Of a DNA stretch of 64,000 nt, positions 41,151 through 54,260 are shown piece by piece. The stretch covers positions 3,261,380-3,325,379 of the forward strand of contig MU062600.1 of the NCBI GenBank assembly GCA_013265495.1, given 5' to 3'. How positions within the stretch are numbered: the first letter of the stretch is position 1; each line of letters begins with the position of its first letter. This DNA is from Vicugna vicugna (taxonomy: Eukaryota). The notes below the pieces were generated by a model. That model had not been told where the DNA came from and ran no database searches. It worked only from the letters and a program-made list of their open reading frames with translations. A program made the position numbers and the translations under genes.

Positions 41151-41977
41151 GTATGTGTGTGTGTGTATATATATATATTTATATATATATAAAATTGTAA
41201 AATTGGAGATAATGCAAGCAGGCAGACTTTTGTCACTCATTATTCACATAAAACTCTCAAACATAATTTCACATTATTTTTTACATTAAGAGTTATTGAT
41301 CAAACAATAAAATGTACAAGAGAATTATCCTGATCAAATCCATAACTGTGATAGGTCAGATGAAATCTCTGAAATTGGAAAACCTTTCCTAAATGAAGAC
41401 CTACTTACCAACTGAAGCAATCAAGACGTGTGTAAGCCTCCGCTGTACTCTAGCCTCAGGCCTGCAAACAGGGGCAGGTCTGGACACACATAAAACATAG
41501 GTATACAAAAAGACTAAAAATTATAGGAGGGAAAAATGTATAAAAGGCAAATGCTAACCAAAGGAAATCTTTATGGCAATCAGCAAAATGGAAGCAAAAC
41601 AGGGTTTAACTCACATACACTTTTTAAGAAAACACGTAACATGTTCACATTTAGGTTTAAAAAGATAAAGAAGGCAATGCAAAGAGTTGGCAGAAAGAAA
41701 CCAAAATTATATCATTACTTATACCAAAGTGGCAAGATTAAAGGAATATTTCCCCTCTCTATTTTTCAAAACATTTACGTTATTTTTAGACAAATATAAT
41801 TAGTGCAATTAATGGCTTCTCCCCTTCTTTATTTTTTTACTGTAATTTTTACTTTTTTGCATGAAGGCGGGAGCAGCTACGGGTAGAGCAGCCTTTACAG
41901 GTGTGAGGTGATGGGAGCTGGACACTCAGGTGCTGTCACAAGGATGGGAAAGGAAGGAGGAAGGAAGGAAGAACTTC

Positions 41978-42467
41978 AAAAATATCTATGAGAACTCCAG
42001 TGTTCAATGCAGCATTATTTCCAATGGCCAAAAGGTGGAAACAACGTTAAGTGCCCGTCAAAAGATGAATGGATAAACAAAATGTAGCTTATCCATTAAA
42101 TGGAATATTGTTCCACCATGAAAAGGAACAGTTCTGATACAAGCTTCAACGTGGATGAAAAGATAATGCTAAGTGAAATGTCAGACATAAAATGACAAGT
42201 AATTGAATGACTTCACTTTATGAAATATCTAGAATAGCAAATTCATAGAGACAGAAAGTAGAATGGAGTTTACCAGGAGTTGGAGGGAGGGGAGAATGGG
42301 GAGTCATTACTTAATGGTTACTCGTCTGTTTGAAGTGATGTTTTGGAAATAGTGGTGACAATTGACATCTCTGTGAATTAATTAAAATGCCACTGAATTG
42401 TACACTTAAAAATGGTTAAAATATCAAATTTTATGTTATATATGTGCCATCACAATAAAAACACTTT
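41978..42467 (+). mobile_element. L1MB3-like 3' end
   Basis: gcagcattatttccaatggccaaaaggtggaaacaac...aaattcatagagacagaaagtaga...gccactgaattgtacactt...cacaataaaaa. Confidence 0.85.
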
Positions 42468-42482
42468 AAAAAGGGGATCAGA

Positions 42483-42762
42483 GAGATATAGAGAACAAAC
42501 TGGTGGTTACCAGTGGGGTGTGGGAACAGGGAAGGGGCAATACAGGAGCAGGGGAGTTAAGAGGTACAAACTATTTGATATAAAATAAGCTAAAAGGATA
42601 TATTGAACAACATGGGGAATATAGCTAATATTTTATAATAACTATAAATGGAGTATAACCTTTAAAAATTGTGAATCATATTGTATACCTATAACATATT
42701 GTACAGCAATATTCAATTAAAAAATAAAGTGGGTGTCTTGTAAACAAAACCGACAAAAAAAA
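42483..42762 (+). mobile_element. Younger L1 3' end (cetartiodactyl type) with A13 tail and a 15-bp TSD
   Basis: gagaacaaactggtggttaccagtgggg...gaggtacaaact...aactataaatggagtataacctttaaaaattgtgaatca. Flanked by aaaaaggggatcaga (42468-42482) and aaaaagtggatcaga (42763-42777). Confidence 0.88.
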
Positions 42763-45700
42763 AAAAAGTGGATCAGAAGGACTGAGTGATGCTTCACTCC
42801 AGAGGATAAAGGAGAGAGTTCAGGCACCAAAACAAAGGGCTGATTTAATAAGGAGCTTATTGGCAGAGATCACGTGTTCTCTGACCCATCTCCTTACCTG
42901 GAAGCCACCAAACCAAGATGTATAAAATACAACCCCTGCCAGTTGGCTGTCATGGGAGAGGCAGGCCCTGATGTCTTTAATGACAGAATTATTCTACCTG
43001 TGAATTGTTAGAATAATGGGGAGTTCGGAGATTATGCCAAAATCAAGAAACAACACTTAGCACCTATTTGAAAAAATGTAAAAAAGAGTGGCTCAGAGAC
43101 ACCATCGAGCACGAAAAATGGGTCAAAAAGGACAGTCGTAGAATTCAAGAACCTGGGTAAAAGGAAGATAAAGGAATCAAAATGTTGTCTAAAACTAGGA
43201 GATAAAAAAGAAATACAGAAAAGGTTGCTGATTAAGAAGGTGATACTTAGAAGTATTTGTGCTGGAAAATTTCTTTTTAGGGAAGACAGTTACGTCAAAG
43301 TGAACCTGTACCGTATATGGACAAGCAATTAGACCTGTAACATAGATGGACAGGGGGTTAAATCCTGGAGTGGAAACCCAGAAACTGAAGACCAACATGA
43401 GGTATACCTCTGGCAAGGGCCCACTCAGTGATCATGAAGATGATGATCATCTCTAACCGAGTCCAGGAAGCCCATGAGTTTGCTACCAGCTACGCCCCCA
43501 AAATAGCTACTGATGGGTTGGAGGGAATTTAGAGAAAAGTGACAAGAAGCATTAAGGGACTGCTGGGAATTCTTCATAAAAGTGAAAAATTCTGGAACAC
43601 ATTTTGTAACCAAGCAAACAGGCAGGGGATGAAAGGAAGGGCTGGAAGCACCACCACACCTGCCAAGTGCTGGAGAGTTGTAAACAACAGGGAAAGAAAG
43701 GGGAGTTCACGCTGGTGTGGGATGCCCACATGTTCAGGATTGATAAGCGGAGACCTCAGCACAAATATCAAGACATATTTATTAATTATTCCAACTCTAG
43801 GTGGAATATAGCTGGGTTTTAAGCTATTAAAATAAGTCTTTAACTAGGATCTAACAGTACAGAGCTCATGCTTTCCTGTGCATCACCAATCACATCATAC
43901 TGTAAGACAGTACACACACAGACCCCCACATACCTGACCTACATGAATAAAAGCAGGAAGTACATTAAAATGTCAAAGAAACACAGATCTGAAATGTACG
44001 AAAAGCTCTCTAAGGAAATACTTTAAGTTATCAACGGTAATTATGTCTTGGTGGTAGGTTTCTGAATAACTGCTATTTCCTTTTTACCATTTGCTATTTT
44101 GAGAAGACACTGAGAATATACGCATTTACAACCGGGTGGGGGTAAAGTTTGTTTCTCAGAACTAACATTCTGCCTCTCTTCTCTCTTATTTCTTTTTCAA
44201 CATGCTATTGTGGGGATGATGCAGAGCAGCTTTTCCCAGAGAGAAGGCACTCCGTGCTCTCAAATGTGGCCTACGGGCATAGTCTTCGTGAAACAGGACT
44301 GAGGTGGGTTTAGTTTAGAGCTTGGCAGAATATCCTGTAAGATACAGGTCTGCCCCCTTTCCATCCTTCAGACCTTCTCAAGGGTGAGACCCCATCAGGA
44401 TGCTCTGTGGACCATTAAGAATGGCCCTTCACTGTGCAGACCAGCCAATCCTGGAATTCATAACTCCCTCGAGGACCTGAGCCTACTCATCTTAGAGGGC
44501 CACTCAGGTGCTCATTTCAGAAAACAAACAAAAGCAAAAACACCGCAACCATTGTAAGTCCTAGACAGTGGAAATTATTTTCGACTGAGTCCTTGTCCAC
44601 TGATGCTCCATTCTGTTATCACACAGCACAGCAAATCATAGTCAAGTGTAATAATGTCAAACAGATGTGACCCCTTTGTAGCTACTACACAGCCCACGAC
44701 AAGCCACCCTTACTGCCTTTCTAGAACCCAGTCAGTATTTCATGTCTGTGTGGCCAGAGAGAGAGCCCCTCTGATAACCGGGAAGAAGCAGTCGGTCTTA
44801 TTTTTCACTCTGGTCCTTATTCTTGGTCCAGGGTCCAGTTATTGCTCTTTACATTTCACTACTGCAGGCTCGTTTCAGTCAGGATGCCCCATTCTCTTAT
44901 GACAGCTTTCTCTGACTTTTATTGCTGAACTTTTGGATTAAAACCCCGTCACATTTCAAAAGGAGCCAAAACCCACATATAGCTGTTAAGAAGAGTAATG
45001 GGTATAGTTCTTCAAGAGATTCACAATGGTTAGAGGATCAAGGTAAAGCTTCTTTCTTGTGGGTAGTGGGGACCACACACGGATTCCTGTAAGCCCCTTT
45101 CCCTTTTCCGTGTTCTGGAAGACAAGCAGAATGTCATCACTCCCTGCACTTTGATTGTTCAAAACTTTCAACAAGAGGAATAAAAATGCAATGAACCAGC
45201 TTTATGATTTGCACCACAGAGTGCACACACTACTTAGGGAATGGGAGACGACTTGGAAACCCTGATAGCAGTCTGGCAGGTGACACTGCCAAGGAACTCC
45301 AAACATAAGCCCCATAAAACCAGAGTTCATTCCAATGTACACATTTTTTTGCTCCCAACCAAATGCTTTTGAGTGAATTAAGAATCAGACTGCCCCTTGA
45401 CAAAATTTTCCTTCTGATGCCAGGGTAATAGAAGCTTAATTTTTCTTAGAATTTGTTAATAAACTTATGTGATTTAAAGGAACAATAATTGCTCTAACTA
45501 TGTGGGAATGAAAGAAGAGGAAACCACCCTCCACCCCATCCTTCCAACAGATCTATACCTGGTGAGATTTATTATGTCATAAAATCTCCCTTGAAGAGCG
45601 TATCGTAGAATCAAGTCTCTCCCAACAGAACTGTTACAGAATTAAGCCTCTTTGGGCATGTTTATTCCACACCCCACTGGCTCTGTGCAGGTGGAGGGTT

Positions 45701-46149
45701 TAATTCCCATCATTCGTTGCCAGCGTGCATTACGGAGTCTCCAAGAACAGCTTGCTCCAGCCTTAACCATCACACCATTGTTTTGCTCAAGTCGGTATGT
45801 GGTATTAAGATGCACAGCGAGGTTCAAAATTAGACAAAGTTGGGATGCCATCTGGGATCCTCCTCAAACTCTCTTCACTAACTTTGAGAGGCAATCTTGA
45901 ACCACAAGCCTTCTGCTGTTCCAGAAGCTGCACTCAGACTGTCTGTCTGCACCAACACAGTGGGGTGGGAGAGCATGGAAACTCTGGGCAGCAAAAACCT
46001 TAGGTCTCTTTTCGTCTGACCACTAGCATCACTCACTCAGATCACATCTACAGTCTGCTAAGTGGACTCTCTTCCTGTAACCTAGGACTGCTCTGCCTTG
46101 TGCCACACCAAAGCCATGGTGATCCACTGAAACACACATCTGAGGAAGT

Positions 46150-47460
46150 CACTCCTCTAATTTACTCTTGGAAGACTTCCTCCAGATTTTCAGGATACAA
46201 TCTAATCTCTGTAATATGTAAATCTTTCTATCCAAATCTGCACTTTAATTTTATATCTGTTTATCCTCCTCTCTTATAGACTTAAGTTTTGTGGAGTCAG
46301 GGATCACATCTTATTCATTGTTGCTTCCTGGGTCCAGAACACAGTGGCAAGTATGTGGTAGGCACACAATATTATATGATAAATGAGAGAATGAATGAAT
46401 CTAGCTTAACTATCCCTTCTACAGACTAGCTCAGTCCTAAAAGTTACTTGACTTCCCAAAGAGCTCATAACAAGTGAAAAACTTGGGCATGGCCCTTGCC
46501 TCCCAGGATACCACACCGTCCTCAAAGATGGGCACTCCTGTTTCTCAATACCTGATCAACCACTCTGGAAAGGTCAGCAAATGCTGTTCTGCGTTTAAAG
46601 GGGAACCAGAAATTAAAGATATGTCTGCCACCCATGTGAAGTCTTTCTGCCCCTACTTATCATTTCTGACATCCTTATAATTAGCAAGTCTATTAACCAG
46701 ACTTGTTCAAATCTCTTCCTATAACATATGATTACAATGGGATTCTGTGCATCTAACATTCAACAAAGATTTATTGAGTTTCAACATGGACTGGGTACAA
46801 TTTTAGGTCCTGGAGATACCAGGATGGAGAAGTGATATTCCTGGGCTCCAGAAGGTACAGCCTAGTCAGGGAGACAAGCATGCAGTTAGATAACTGCAGT
46901 ACTGTGTGGTTAGAGGCATGCACAAGATCCAAAGAGCATGTGTATACATGTGTATACATTTACCAAGGTATAGTCATTGTAAAACGTGTTTCCTCCTCTG
47001 TGACTGTCCTGTGGGTGAGGACTAGGTCCTTCCTCTCACTTCCTCCCCTGAGTCTAACACATAGAAGGCACTCAGCCAGTATGTGCCTGACTGACTGATC
47101 CACGGCTGGCATAGGAGATTGTGGGGCCTGCTCTGCGCAGAGGTGGCACCTGGGAAGACTTTAGAAAGTAGATGTTGGAGCTCGGTCTTAATGAGTGATT
47201 GGTTCCCTACCTGGTGGATAAAAGGAGAGAGGACACTCCTTGACGGAGCAAGAGCAGTGTGTACGGAGGAGGCTGGGCTCAGGAGAGCAGTGTGTGCGGG
47301 GTGGGGGGTTGGAGAAGTAGGCCACGCAGACCCTGTCAGGCCTTGTGAGCCTTCCTATGGAGTCTGAACTTGATCCTTTAGGCAAAGGGAAGCCATCAGA
47401 GGCATGCAAGGAACATGAGCAGATCTGTAAATTAAAAACGCAATAATGCAGTTCAGTCAG
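46150..47460. mobile_element. Cluster of L2 fragments in both orientations
   Basis: L2 3' ends at about 46270-46400 (+), 46755-46930 (-) and 47000-47100 (+), plus a body fragment at 47110-47460 (-). Confidence 0.65.
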
Positions 47461-48519
47461 TGGAGAGGTCCCAAATGTGCAATTAATTTCCAGAATATGC
47501 TTTCTTGTTTAAAAAAAATGATTTAACTTTGCATTTCAGTCTGCCAGCGTATCCTCAGACTCTGTGAGGGTCCCCGGAACACTCGTAGTCAGCTTCTAGC
47601 CATTAAAAGAGAATATAATGAAAAAAAGTTTCCTTTTCATTCTGAGCTACAACAACCATCAGGGTTAATTTTTTCTACCAGAGGTAAAATGGTCTCCTAT
47701 TTGCCTCAGGTAATCCTATCTCAGAATAAGAATCACATCTTAGAACTGGAGAAGCCAACGATTACCTGCAGAATGGCTGTTCTTCAGACCCTTGATTAGC
47801 TGAGTCCCCCGATGTGGTTTCTTCCCCACTGTGGAGAAGGTAATTCAGCTAAATGAGTGGTCTAGCCGTGACATTTCTGCAAATAATTAAACACAACACT
47901 CCTTTTGGCCTGGTTTACTTTTTAAAGGCTAAATCCACTCTGATTCACAAATCGTTGCAATTACATTGGTGCCATGCATGTTACGTAGCCTTGGGTACCC
48001 ACTGCTGAGTCAGTGGTTGGTGGGAGCTCTTTTTAACTATCCAGAGGCATATTCTCATATTCATTTCAGAATAATAAGACGTTTAAATATTTATTTCTTT
48101 CCAATAACTGGATATGCCAAGGCTCTTCATTTTAATAAATTCTGTTCAAGCAATGTTGAATCACTGCTTAGAATATATTGGCACCGAACTTCCCTTACGG
48201 TAATGGTGTTCACATCAGAGACCCACATTTTAGCCCTAGCTCTGCCACTGACCCTCGACTGTCGGCCATTCACATGATCACTCATGAATTCCTTTTGGTA
48301 ATTTTGAAGTTTTCCTTCTAGCTCTAAAATTCAGAGTATGCTTTAAGAGATCTGATTAGTACAAGAATGTAGAGATGAAATAGTTACAGAACTACAAGTT
48401 GCAGCAGGAGAAATGGATATTTGTATGTGAGGTCTTCCTTTTCAGTAACTCCAAATGGTCAAAAACTCTGGAGGCAGGATTATTGTAGAAGAAATAGAAA
48501 ATCTTTATATGGCTATACT

Positions 48520-48790
48520 CATTTATTCAACAAATATTTATTGGAGGCCTATTATACACCAGGCTGAGAATTCAATGACAAAAAAGAGAGAAAAAAAAAA
48601 TCCCCAGCCTCCAAGAATTGATTGTCCCACAGGGAAGGCAGACAATTTTAGACAAGAAATAACAGTAAGCCAGAATACGTATTATGATGGGATTCTGGCT
48701 ATGAAGACAAAACCTATGGCTCAGATCTAATCAGGGCTACAAGTCCGGGAAGGCTTCCCTGGTGATACACTCTCTAAGCTGAGAATATCC
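48520..48790 (-). mobile_element. L2 3' fragment
   Basis: tcatttattcaacaaatatttattggaggcctattatacaccagg...ggaaggcttccctgg. Confidence 0.6.
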
Positions 48791-49961
48791 TTGCCTGTGA
48801 CTTTTATTTGGGAAACCACATTGAATAGTGCATTCCATGGAAATATTTATTTGTCCCAGGCCCAAACCAAGAGTTTAAAAGACTAAAAGAGCTTGTGAAG
48901 AAGAATCTGAGTACATCTCAAATGCCCTCACCCCCAAGTTCGTGTTGATCATCTGATCGTAAATTTACTGACTCAAGAGGAAATTCTTCTTTTGAATCAG
49001 GTTCACTAGCTATGCGTAGTAATATTATTATTTAAGAAAGAATCATTCTTTGTCTTTCTATACCTATGATCCTTCGCAGCTGCTCCCAGGCTATTAAGTA
49101 GGTGTAGAGGAGGTTTGCAGAATGATTCACTGACTGATGATGGGTTTTAATGTTTCAGTCTTTTCTCATCTTTAATCTCCCTTTATCCCCATATTCGCAG
49201 GACGGGAATTATACTGAGCTGCTGTTTGACCTTAGAGGTTATGGAAAGTCCCCTCTGTAACAGATGTCACGTTTCCAGGAGAGCTCTGATTGCAAATATT
49301 CTGTCTTGTGGCCAACATAGTTATGTTCAAATTCATCATACCGTGAGTTATGAGATTTGGTTTAGAAAATACAGTCACCATATGTTACAAAGACACGTGA
49401 ATGGGGTAACAGGGTTAGCTCCCTTCAGGACACCAGGAGACCCTATGCCATGCCAAAGGAGACTCAGAAAGAGATTGAATATTTTGAATCTAAAATGTGA
49501 AGTTACTTTGATATCCAAGTATACTAATTATTCATTAAATGTCACATGTATAATATATAAAGAACACACATATATATTAAAAGGGACTGATGTTTGATGG
49601 AATTTTAGTTCAAAAGTTTTGTAACTTCTAAGGTAATAATAATATTTAACCTATTTTAAAGATGAGAAAGATCACAGAAATTGCCTCCTTTTTAGTGTCA
49701 GTGCCTTGATTTAGTGTTTCCTGGCTTCATATTATTATTCAGCATTTGCTTTAATATTTAACCTTTCTTGCTTCTTTGTCTTTTCTCTCCAATTAGATCA
49801 AAGGTTCTTTGAGGGTAGGGACTGTGTTCTTCTTCCAGAATATCCAATTTTACAACTATTAAGCCTTCAGTTGAATATTTACTAAGGGCTATGAGTAGTT
49901 CAAAAACCCAGGAACAAATTAGCTACAGAACTACATAGTGTGATGATTAAAAATGTTTCAA

Positions 49962-50060
49962 ATGATGATTCTCAAACTTTAATGTGCACAAGAATCATAA
50001 GGGAAGCCTATTAAAATGGTAGATTCTTAAATCTCATTCCCCAAGAATCTTATCTTTTAA
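49962..50060. mobile_element. MER5A-like hAT-Charlie MITE fragment
   Basis: gattctcaaactttaatgtgcacaagaatca...attaaaatggtagattct. Confidence 0.6.
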
Positions 50061-50694
50061 ATCATTTCTTCTTCTTCCTCCCCATTGTTATTATTAGGAG
50101 TAATAGTAGTAAGCCAGATTTAGGAAAGATGAGACACACCAGGGCCTGGGACTGCACTGATATTTTGTGGGAAAACAAGTCAACAGGATGTCTCCATGAG
50201 AACAAGAAAATAAGAAGTTCCCTTGCAGGGGCTTGGGGTGCAGCATGGAACTAGGGTGTTTCCTGAGGGCAAACAACGCTGGTCTCGGAACACTGACCCT
50301 TGCATGAGCAGAACACTGCTCCGGCACATACATAATGCCTTCTGCAAAAGGGAGTCATTAAAGCTTCTGTGACGTTTGTTGGCCCATTCACAAAGGGAAC
50401 AGATGGAGACATAACAAAGTTATTTCCTGCAGCACTATGATAGTAAATGCGATGCAAACCAGCCATCCAGAGCTCTTGATCTTTGAGATCTTGAGTCTCC
50501 TGGTCCATCTTTGATTCTCTATCTATCTGTGTGTTTCTTATGTTCTGCGGCACCCATCCATAAGCAGGAATCTTTGTTGCACTGGACACAACAATATATC
50601 TTGTAAAGGAAGGACTTGACACAGGTAAGGTAGCTCTATCCTTCTACAGGGACCACCCCCTACCCCACAACCCTCACTACACACTGCCTTCTTC

Positions 50695-51110
50695 TTTCCT
50701 TCATTAAATACTTCCTGTGTGCCCACCAAGGGCCAAGTACTGGGACCTGGAGTTAAACTGGTCAACAAGATGTACAAATACTTTGCTATCACAGCATTTA
50801 GATTCTGCTTAGGGGTAGGGCAGATAAGAGACAAGTAAACTTTAAGATTATTTCAGATTTTGTTAAGTATTATAAGGAAAATAAAACAGGCTGATATGAT
50901 AGAGAATGACTGTTGAGAAAGGGGTTTTTCAAAGAGTGTGGTCCACAAGAAGATGATGTGATGTGATGATCAAATGACCAGAAGGAACCAACCATGCAAA
51001 AGACCTTGGGCAGCAGCTTTCCAGGGAGAGGAACTAGCAAGTGCAAAGGCCCTGAGGCAGAATGAGTGTTCGAGGATCAGCAAGGAGGCCAGAATGCCTG
51101 AAACTTGAGG
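50695..51110 (-). mobile_element. L2a LINE 3' region
   Basis: ttcattaaatacttcctgtgtgccc...gagaggaactagcaagtgcaaaggccctgaggcag. Confidence 0.8.
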
Positions 51111-52045
51111 AGCCAGAATAAGCTCACCACCCAAGGTATGACCTGGGCTTTGGCATAAAGGTGTTTTGGGATTACTCTTGTGGAAAGCTGAGGAAATACT
51201 GGCTTTCAGAATTAAGGAAGGTTAACTATTTTACTAACTGTTATAAGAACACTTCTCCAGTTCAAAAACAACCACATTATTGGAACTCTTTACCCATAAA
51301 AAATAGTTCATTTCATGATTCTTTTTGGTTGGTGCTTTATGATAACAGAGTTTCATCATTGTTGGCATATTATATTTTGTAATACTTGAGCACAGAAAAT
51401 AAGCTCACTCCGAACTTCTTTGAGATCTAAATTATTTATCATTCTTTGGATGTCTCAAATATAAAATAGGGCCGAATAAATTGTATTTGAGAATGTATAT
51501 GCCTCTCTAAAAAAGAATACTCATGCCATAGTTTCAAAGTAAGTTATATGACGTATCTTTCTTTTCCAGTTTTGAATTATTTTTCAACTCTTGCACTGAC
51601 TTGTCTTATCACTCCAACTGGACGTCTACTAGTTAATAGTGACAGTACTATTTCCTCTAAGCAATTTGATTTTGTCTAAATAACTGAGTGCTCAAGGAAG
51701 GAAAGAACCAAGGGCAAACGTGTTAGTGGTCTGTGTAAAATCCATTCCTGGGGGCTACTACTAAAGTGAGGAGCCAGCAGCTCTGCTTCAGACCCCACTG
51801 ATTACTGCTCTTTCTTGAGCCATCTCAGAAGAGAACAGCCCAGGTGACAAGCGGGCCTTCTGTGATAAGGGCTCCTGTCCACTGGAAATGGGAATCAGGT
51901 CACAGTTTCATTCCACAGGGTCCGCCAGATGGCAAATGACGTTAACTACCCAGAGCAAACCCAGACCGGAAACGGAAGTGTGTTTCATGTCCCCTTATAT
52001 CCTGCTGGGAGACTCAGAGTTTTTCTCTGAAAGTTGCTTGATTTT

Positions 52046-52078
52046 GTGTGTGCGTGTGTGTGTGCGTGTGTGTGTGTT
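52046..52078. repeat. Imperfect (TG)n microsatellite
   Basis: tgtgtgtgcgtgtgtgtgtgcgtgtgtgtgtgt. Confidence 0.9.
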
Positions 52079-54220
52079 AGTCTGATTATACATTACACTG
52101 CAGTTCTAAAGGCAGAAGGTTCCCCAAACCATGGAAGCTGGCTTCTTTGCTTAGGTCTGGCAGATGTGGTTAGAAATCAAAGACTTCCAGAAATGAGGAC
52201 CAGGAAATGGCAGGATGCAGAAATGCATAGCTGTAGTGACAGACTCGTAACAAGATGGAAATCAGTTGGAGAAATATTTCTGGGGAAAGGTTGGGGGAAA
52301 AGGTTTGGGAATGAAGAGAAAGAATCTACCTAAGAGAAAATGAGTGATTTCATCATCACACGAAACTCCAAGGAGACTTCACTTACTTTGTCACACTGGA
52401 ATTAGGATTTCCGCTCACACTGTTTGAGAAACAGGAAGTAGGGACTACAACTATGGAAAGTAATATTTTAAGCTTCTACACACATTGCTCATCACTGGCT
52501 TGACTTGCAGCATGCCTTTCAACAAAAGCACGCAGTGATTTAATCTGAACAGCAATTCCGTCTGCAGCCGTATGAGACAAGACTATCACTGCAGACAGGC
52601 GGTAATTTGTGAAATTCAGGTGCTGGGGATTAAGACCGCCTGTTGAATTTAATCTCGGAGTTACGTTAATACCACTATGTAACTGAACATAAACACTACG
52701 TATTTATCAGACTTTGGGACCTCCAGCCACGGAGATGTGAACATTTTCCTAAATGGTATCTGTAACTCTCTCCAGATTCAGTAAATCAATGGCAAATAGA
52801 AAGTCTGTAGGAATTCTGATTCAATATGCAGCAGCACACGGCTTGGTGGTCATCACATTCAGCACATCCTATAATTTTTCTAAGGCCTGATGTGAGAGTA
52901 GAGGGAAAAAAAAGCAATCAGAGTATCATCTGGCAACATAATAAGAATAGAAAAGCTTTCAACTTTACCCTCCCCTGTGTTAACTGGAAAAAAATTCCTA
53001 GCAATATTCCAACAAATGGTTTCTACCTCAGACTAAGCAAGAATATAGGGCGATCCCAAGGAAACCTACTTAAACAGCAGCTTTGGGAGATGACATAAAC
53101 ATTTCACACACGCACCTTCAGATAGCCACCGGGAATGAACTCTGCCCAACTTGCAGCCAGCTAAGTAGTAGCGGTAAAGTGACTACATTCTAAGCAGAGG
53201 TTTACACTTCATTCAGCGGGACAACTGGAACAGTGCCTAGAGAGCAGGCACGGGTTGTAAGATTTGTATTTGTTCCTTTGCCTGGGGTAGGATAAACTTT
53301 GTTGGACACTTTGAGTATGGAATTTTGTAAGAGGCTGATTTTCTATGAAAGAATTTCATTGGTACTAATTACCTGAGAAGAACTTCCTGGTCACATTTAC
53401 AATTCTCTGCTACGAATTCTAAGGACTTCTGTGTGTATCTATCATTCACATAACACTTCACAGTTTACAAAACCCTTTAATATGTGTTATCGCAATTTCT
53501 CCTAGAGTTTCAACATTTCCTTCCTCAAAGGGGCTGTCCTTCGTTTTAATGAAATAAGGCTCTGATACAATGAAGTGGAACCCAATATATCCGTGTGAAT
53601 AAACATTGCTTTGAAAGGGAACATGCGGGCATCATATTTTGCCCTAGGCTATCAGTGTTCTTAGCTGCTGTCTGTCCAGCAGGAGAGCACAGGAAGGGAG
53701 GCATTCAGAGTGTCTTCCCAAAGGCGGATCAAAGCTTTCAGCAAATTTACCTTTTGACACCCCTATTAATCAAAGCTTCACAAGTGCTGGATAGCCATTT
53801 CCACTAAACAACAGCCATGAAAATCCACCAGGTTCAATACATTCATCATACACACGAATAGCACATCTATCCACAGTCAGAAGCCAATGTCTCACCTCTT
53901 CTAGAACTTCAGCCCTTCTGGGTTGCTTGCACACGCAGATACAAAGTATGTAATCAATCTGACAACTTAAAGAGAAAAGCAAAGCTGTAATTGTGGAACT
54001 GATGGCCTGCTCTGCTTTTGATTTTAAGGATCTACCACCAGTCCTCATTCCAGGCAAATCACTTCCTCTTTTCTCTTGCCCTTTTTTGCTTCCCTGAATT
54101 CTTCTGAGTGCTAGCTCTGCCTTTTCAAAGAAACTTTCCTTGATTTTACTAGGTCCGAGATCTTTCTCACTTCTGTACTCCAACAGAACTGTTTATATCT
54201 AGCATTTCCCATACATTTAT

Positions 54221-54260
54221 ATCTATCTGTCTATCTATCTGTCATCTATCTATCCATCCA
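54221..54260. repeat. Imperfect (TCTA)n tetranucleotide repeat
   Basis: atctatctgtctatctatctgtcatctatctatccatcca. Confidence 0.8.

Noticed and set aside
48745-48765. ggcttccctggtg as a CHR SINE start
   Set aside because: The match stops after about 13 nt and lies within an L2 fragment that carries a similar motif.
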